The notes beneath the pieces were generated by a model. The model did no database searches, had not been told where the DNA came from, and was given only the letters and a program-made list of their open reading frames with translations. Below are positions 59,555-64,000 of a DNA stretch of 64,000 nucleotides, one piece after another (positions within the stretch are counted from its first letter, which is position 1; the number at the start of each line of letters is the position of its first letter). The DNA comes from Candidatus Firestoneibacteriota bacterium (GTDB lineage Bacteria > Oederibacteriota > D2-FULL-39-29): contig JAPLKO010000047.1 of NCBI GenBank assembly GCA_026388015.1, positions 108,424-172,423 of the forward strand, read 5' to 3'. Position numbers and translations under genes: made by a program.

Positions 59555-59806
59555 TTATTTCTGGGCTTCTGCCGCTACTATATTTACTTTATTCCTGGTG
59601 AACTTCACAACGCCGGATATTTTTGCAAAGATAGTATGGTCTTTTCCTTCGCCGGCATTAATGCCCGCAACAAAGGTGGAACCGCGCTGTCTTACAATAA
59701 CACTTCCGCCGGTAACAACTTCACCGCCGAACGCTTTCACGCCCATACGCTGACCCTGACTGTCCCTGCCGTTTCTTGATGTACCGCCTGATTTTTTACT
59801 TGCCAT
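59555..59806 (-). CDS. rpmA: 50S ribosomal protein L27
   Basis: [30 protein letters not shown]. Confidence 0.97.
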   Translation of the reverse strand: MASKKSGGTSRNGRDSQGQRMGVKAFGGEVVTGGSVIVRQRGSTFVAGINAGEGKDHTIFAKISGVVKFTRNKVNIVAAEAQK

Positions 59807-59824
59807 ACTTAAATCTCCTTAAAA

Positions 59825-60136
59825 TTAGAGCTCTATCTTTGTAATTTTTAGCCTTGTATACTGCTGTCTGTGGCCTATCGTCTTCCTGTACTGTTCGGTC
59901 TTTCTGTATCTGAAAACTCTGATTTTGTCGCCTTTCACTTCGCCGATTACTTCGGCAATTACTTTAACATCGTTAAGAACCGGTTTACCGATCTTTACTT
60001 TATCCCCGTCCACGGCCATAAGAACTCTGTCCATAGCGCACTCTTTGCCTGTGGTTGCGACTTTTTCAATATTAAAAACATCGCCTTCTTTAACTTTATA
60101 CTGCCTTGCGCCTGATTCAATTATTACATACTTCAT
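59825..60136 (-). CDS. rplU: 50S ribosomal protein L21
   Basis: YVIIESGARQYKV, GHRQQYT. Confidence 0.96.
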   Translation of the reverse strand: MKYVIIESGARQYKVKEGDVFNIEKVATTGKECAMDRVLMAVDGDKVKIGKPVLNDVKVIAEVIGEVKGDKIRVFRYRKTEQYRKTIGHRQQYTRLKITKIEL

Positions 60137-60171
60137 ATATTAAGCTCCTCCTAACTAAAAACGTAGGTCTA

Positions 60172-60200
60172 ATAGTACCAAAAACAAAGGAGATTGTCAA
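60172..60200 (-). promoter_or_regulatory. sigma70-type promoter of rplU-rpmA
   Basis: TTGACA-N17-TACTAT with TGG extended -10. Confidence 0.7.
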
Positions 60201-60464
60201 AGATAATTTGAGGTGCAAAACGCAGAAGTGACAGCTATAGGGAATAGCCACGAGATATAGCATGCTACCAATCTCTTTTCTAGCTGACAATACAGAAACA
60301 TTAATAATACAGCCAGTAACTCTAAACGCATTACTATGTAATGGTATTTAACTCATACGAATTGTCGGCATTAAGACATCTATTGTCAGGTAAACTGAAC
60401 TTATTTTACAAACCTGCTACTAAACAAGGAGTAAACAGATACTAATTAAGGGAGGGTTTTTACT

Positions 60465-61131
60465 ATGAAATCCAGGTTGATAGCAGGTGTACTGGCAATA
60501 ATGCTGCCTGCTTTGGCGTTTGGCGGTAACGCGTCTTACGGGGGTTATGCGAAGAAGGAGCGGGGGGATTCCAAGGAAATAACATTCGGAAAAATCGGGT
60601 TCGCGGTAAACGGAGTACTGAGTATGCCGTCCGGAGATATTGCGACTGTTTTAAACGCAACTATCGGGCCGGAGCTCTCTTTAACTTATAGAAATTTTTT
60701 AATTAAGGATTTTCATCTTCAAATGTCAGGTGATTTTATGACGTATACCGGGAAAGTGGATATTACAAATACATTTTCGACCGTTTCAGCGGTGTTATCC
60801 GGCAGGTACGATCTTAAACTGAAAGAAATTCCAGGCACCTTATATCTTAGCGCGGGCGGCGGCGCAGGGTTTGAAACTCTTACCGTAGGCGGTATTGTTC
60901 TTGATAATATTGATCCTCAATACAGAATAGGTGTAGGCTATGAAGCGGCGGCTTTTGATAACTTCACGGTGCGGCTTTGATATCAAATATGTTGTACTTC
61001 CTCAGAAATATATTGCCGGATCAACAAGAGACGGCTCTTTTATGAATATTTACGCCGGTGTAAATATGGAGTTTGGCGTTGATTCAGATAAAAGAAAAGC
61101 AAGTGAAAGCAGCAGATTGGCAATGATATAA
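60465..61131 (+). pseudogene. Outer-membrane beta-barrel-like protein split by a 1-nt frameshift
   Basis: Removing one T at 60976-60978 gives ...FTVRLDIKYVVLPQ...FMNIYAGVNMEF; signal peptide and alternating beta pattern; GGAGG RBS. Confidence 0.7.
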
Positions 61132-61226
61132 ATTTTCTAAACTTTATCTTTCTCCTTTAGCAAAATACCGTCGGCGCTCCCCTCCCGGAGATGTAAAAAA
61201 AGCCGCGGTGTTTTGTTTTCAGAAGC

Positions 61227-62465
61227 TTAGTTACCCATAAATTTATCTATCTCTTCCCTTACTATCTGCACCCAGCGGGGGATTCTTTCAGGCTGATTCT
61301 CCACCGTCGTTATATCTTTAAGCGTTATGTCCACAAAACAGTTCTTGCTCTTTTTCAACCCCTCGGCAATTATCCCGCGTATGCGGGCTTCATCAAAACC
61401 GCAGCTTATGTGCGCCGGGTTCGGACGCCAGGAAAGAACATAATCTTTCTTTATCTGCTCGGCGCATTTTCCCACATCGGCAACAGGGGTAACGGCAATA
61501 CGGCGGAGATTTGGGACTTTTCTAAGCATATCTATCTTTTTTGTCAGATCTTCACAACAGCCATAGGCCGTGAGTCCGTACGGTTTTATTATAGGAAGCT
61601 GATAGTTAAGCATAAACTCTTCATGCATTTCCGGCGAGATTAACGTAAACTCCTGCGCCGCAAAATAACCCCAAAGCTGCGACCTTTTTGCCCCGCCTTT
61701 TTGCGACGGATCGGGAAGCTCTTCAGAATAAGGCATTGACTGATTATTTCCGTTAAAATAGCTCATATCGCCGGCTGCATCGGCCTGATCTTGCCCGGCA
61801 AGAATACCGTCCCGCATAAAAGTAAGAATCTCCCGCAGCCAATCCGGATCCTCATACATCATAATCATTAACTGTTCCATCCCTAAAAACTGCGTTATAT
61901 CCGTAGAAATATCAGCGCGCCATCCCGAAAAAACCGAAGCACGGTTCACTACTACCGGAAGAATATCTCCGACCGCGTCCCGGATGTACTCAAATCTGGC
62001 TTTTGTTTTTTCTTCGTCTATTTTATGTGCGGGTTTAATCATTTTTTTCATATCTTCACGGGTTTTTATCGGCACATCATGGAACATATTCTTCCCGCCC
62101 TCTGCAGACTGCGCAAATCCGGGTTTTATCCCCCAAACAGAGTCCGGAGGCAGAATACGTTCCGCTCCGACCCCTATCCACGGCTCGAAAATAGTATCAT
62201 CGTTAAGAGTGGCAACCCATAAGAACCTCCGCAAACTTTGTTCGATTGTTCTAAATTCTAAATCCTCACACAGCTTTTCCATATTTTTAAACTCTTTTTC
62301 TCCCGCATTCCCCCCGGCACTGACAGAAACAAGAGGTCTTGTAGGTTTTAAAGAGTTATGCGCCTTCCAGAGTTTACGGAGCTCCTGCTGACCCGGTCTT
62401 TCACAGCACTCTTTATACTGCTTTGCCAGGTCCCGGAGTATCAATATATCTTTCTGAGATGCCAT
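61227..62465 (-). CDS. UroD/MetE-like superfamily protein
   Basis: GMEQLMIMMYEDP, AQEFTLISPEMHEEF, YGCCEDL, WRPNP; paralogue of 57253-58494. Confidence 0.68.
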   Translation of the reverse strand: MASQKDILILRDLAKQYKECCERPGQQELRKLWKAHNSLKPTRPLVSVSAGGNAGEKEFKNMEKLCEDLEFRTIEQSLRRFLWVATLNDDTIFEPWIGVGAERILPPDSVWGIKPGFAQSAEGGKNMFHDVPIKTREDMKKMIKPAHKIDEEKTKARFEYIRDAVGDILPVVVNRASVFSGWRADISTDITQFLGMEQLMIMMYEDPDWLREILTFMRDGILAGQDQADAAGDMSYFNGNNQSMPYSEELPDPSQKGGAKRSQLWGYFAAQEFTLISPEMHEEFMLNYQLPIIKPYGLTAYGCCEDLTKKIDMLRKVPNLRRIAVTPVADVGKCAEQIKKDYVLSWRPNPAHISCGFDEARIRGIIAEGLKKSKNCFVDITLKDITTVENQPERIPRWVQIVREEIDKFMGN

Positions 62466-62494
62466 AAATTTTCCCGTGGATTCATATGCTTTGC

Positions 62495-64000
62495 TTACTT
62501 GTACTCTACCGCAATATTTTCATACTTAGAGATATCTTTCCAGTTAATCGTAACTTTCTTTATCCATTTTGCATGTTTGGTTATATTAATTATCGCTTTT
62601 AACTCTTCAAGAGGAATCGTTTCCATTTCTATATTAAATATTGCGGTCTTTTCATCATAAGAACATCTGAAAATCTTGTACCAGGTGTTAGTTTTTATGT
62701 AATTTAACATCGGGCTTCCCGGCCAGCTAGAAAGTTGGATTTCTATTTTATACTGCTGTTCCCCTTTAGGAATGTAGATAATTCTTGAGCATACAGACTG
62801 TCCGTTGACCAGTATTTTATCAATCGATTTGCCGGTGTTTTTGTACATAATATCCAGCAGGTTTCCTTTATATTTGAAGTTATAAATATCCCTGTACTTA
62901 TACATATCAAGAGGCTGTATATAAAGATTCCCTCTTGTAAAATCAATACCGCAGTTTTTGAAATATTTATCCGTAAAAGAATACACTTCCGAGAGGGGCC
63001 TGTCGACATTGTATTGTGTAAAAGGCAGTTGTTTTTCATAAAGAGCAGGCACGCTTCCTTTAATATCGTATTTTACAAGATTATCCAGTATAAAATATAT
63101 CTCGGGATATTTGAGCTCGGGAAGATAAAATAGTTTTTTCACTTCTGCTTCTATAAGGCTTTTGTCTTCTCCCTGCAGTATCATATTTAATACTTTCTGT
63201 TCGTCTTTTAGATCTTCAGGTATTTTTACGGGAGGATAGGTGGCATTCTTACCGATAATCGATCCTGCCCAGTCAAGGGTCCTTTGGTTGTAAAGTTCCA
63301 GCACCTCGTTTTCCATCTTCGGATAATTATCCCCATTAGCCACTGCGGTTTCAAGATATTCTGTATCACCCGTAAATTCATAGGCTTTCCAGTAAATCCA
63401 CGGCCATAGTTTTTTATCCAGTATTTTACCGAGTCTTTCTTCGAAAACATACCTGAGGGAAAAGTCGGCGATATCAGTCCTACTGTAGCCGTTTAGAAGC
63501 ATATAAACAGCCTGATAAAATTTTCTTGTGGACACGTCCGTAGTATAAACCCTGACAATATTCGACAGCAATTTATTGTAAAATATTTCTTTTTCCCTGG
63601 AAACCTCGATAACATTTTTTCCTGCCGCTGCAAAGGAAGCTTTGGCGGCCGTGCGGAAATCATTTCCGTAGCCGACTCCGATAACAAAAGATACCGTAGT
63701 CTCCGGTAAGATATTCAGCCTTGCCATTATTCTGTATCTGCCGTTTTCAACCAGATAAGATATTTCTTCAACAGTATCTTTATCGAAAAATATTCCCAGC
63801 GCGGAAGAGGCTGTCTTAAACTGATTTGTAACTGTAACAGCTTTTTTCGTTAAATACTCTTCTTGTAGAATAGATGTTCCCCTGGCGTAAAATATTATCT
63901 CCGGCTTCCACGTCTTTTTTCCCGCATTTGAGAGAACCAAGGAACTGACAGAGGCTTCGGGACTCACAAAAGCGGTGACCATTTTTATTTTATTTTCTTC
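62495..64000 (-). CDS. Large hypothetical protein, possibly glycoside hydrolase-like; 5' end outside the window
   Basis: Frame stays open to the window edge (EENKIKMV...); YWKAYEFTGDTEYL helix motif reminiscent of (alpha/alpha)6-barrel enzymes. Confidence 0.5.
   Translation of the reverse strand, partial: EENKIKMVTAFVSPEASVSSLVLSNAGKKTWKPEIIFYARGTSILQEEYLTKKAVTVTNQFKTASSALGIFFDKDTVEEISYLVENGRYRIMARLNILPETTVSFVIGVGYGNDFRTAAKASFAAAGKNVIEVSREKEIFYNKLLSNIVRVYTTDVSTRKFYQAVYMLLNGYSRTDIADFSLRYVFEERLGKILDKKLWPWIYWKAYEFTGDTEYLETAVANGDNYPKMENEVLELYNQRTLDWAGSIIGKNATYPPVKIPEDLKDEQKVLNMILQGEDKSLIEAEVKKLFYLPELKYPEIYFILDNLVKYDIKGSVPALYEKQLPFTQYNVDRPLSEVYSFTDKYFKNCGIDFTRGNLYIQPLDMYKYRDIYNFKYKGNLLDIMYKNTGKSIDKILVNGQSVCSRIIYIPKGEQQYKIEIQLSSWPGSPMLNYIKTNTWYKIFRCSYDEKTAIFNIEMETIPLEELKAIINITKHAKWIKKVTINWKDISKYENIAVEYK

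Noticed and set aside
59470-59555. Cobalamin riboswitch expected before the BtuF-like gene
   Set aside because: The gap is only ~85 bp and is largely occupied by the rpmA terminator.

Overview
Gene-dense chromosomal segment (roughly 40% GC by eye) of a bacterium that is probably diderm (MlaEFD, beta-barrel-like proteins) and probably anaerobic. Most genes are on the minus strand. Housekeeping blocks: rpsP-trmD-rplS-rnhB-yraN-mlaEFD-radA, tgt, dgt, gltX, two tandem csp genes, recO-queC, ppdK, pyrR-pyrB-pyrC with a PyrR attenuator, yicC-gmk-rpoZ-udg-priA, nuoJKLMN, rplU-rpmA and one tRNA-Gln(TTG). I found no CRISPR array, integrase, transposase or prophage. Best leads: (1) a divergent sulfatase / SDR-split transketolase-CoA-acylating aldehyde dehydrogenase cluster resembling a sulfo-transketolase (sulfosugar) pathway variant; (2) an unannotated ~140-nt structured RNA candidate downstream of priA; (3) a PriA with degenerate helicase motifs; (4) a lone secreted protein with phage-fibre-type HxH motifs; (5) three UroD/MtaA-like proteins around a BtuF; (6) a 105-bp duplicate of the rmuC 5' end beside a stand-alone nuoJ-N operon; (7) several families of small intergenic repeats, one with a compensatory base change. 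Two genes are split by single-base homopolymer frameshifts, which may be sequencing errors. All family assignments come from motif recognition by eye, not database searches.
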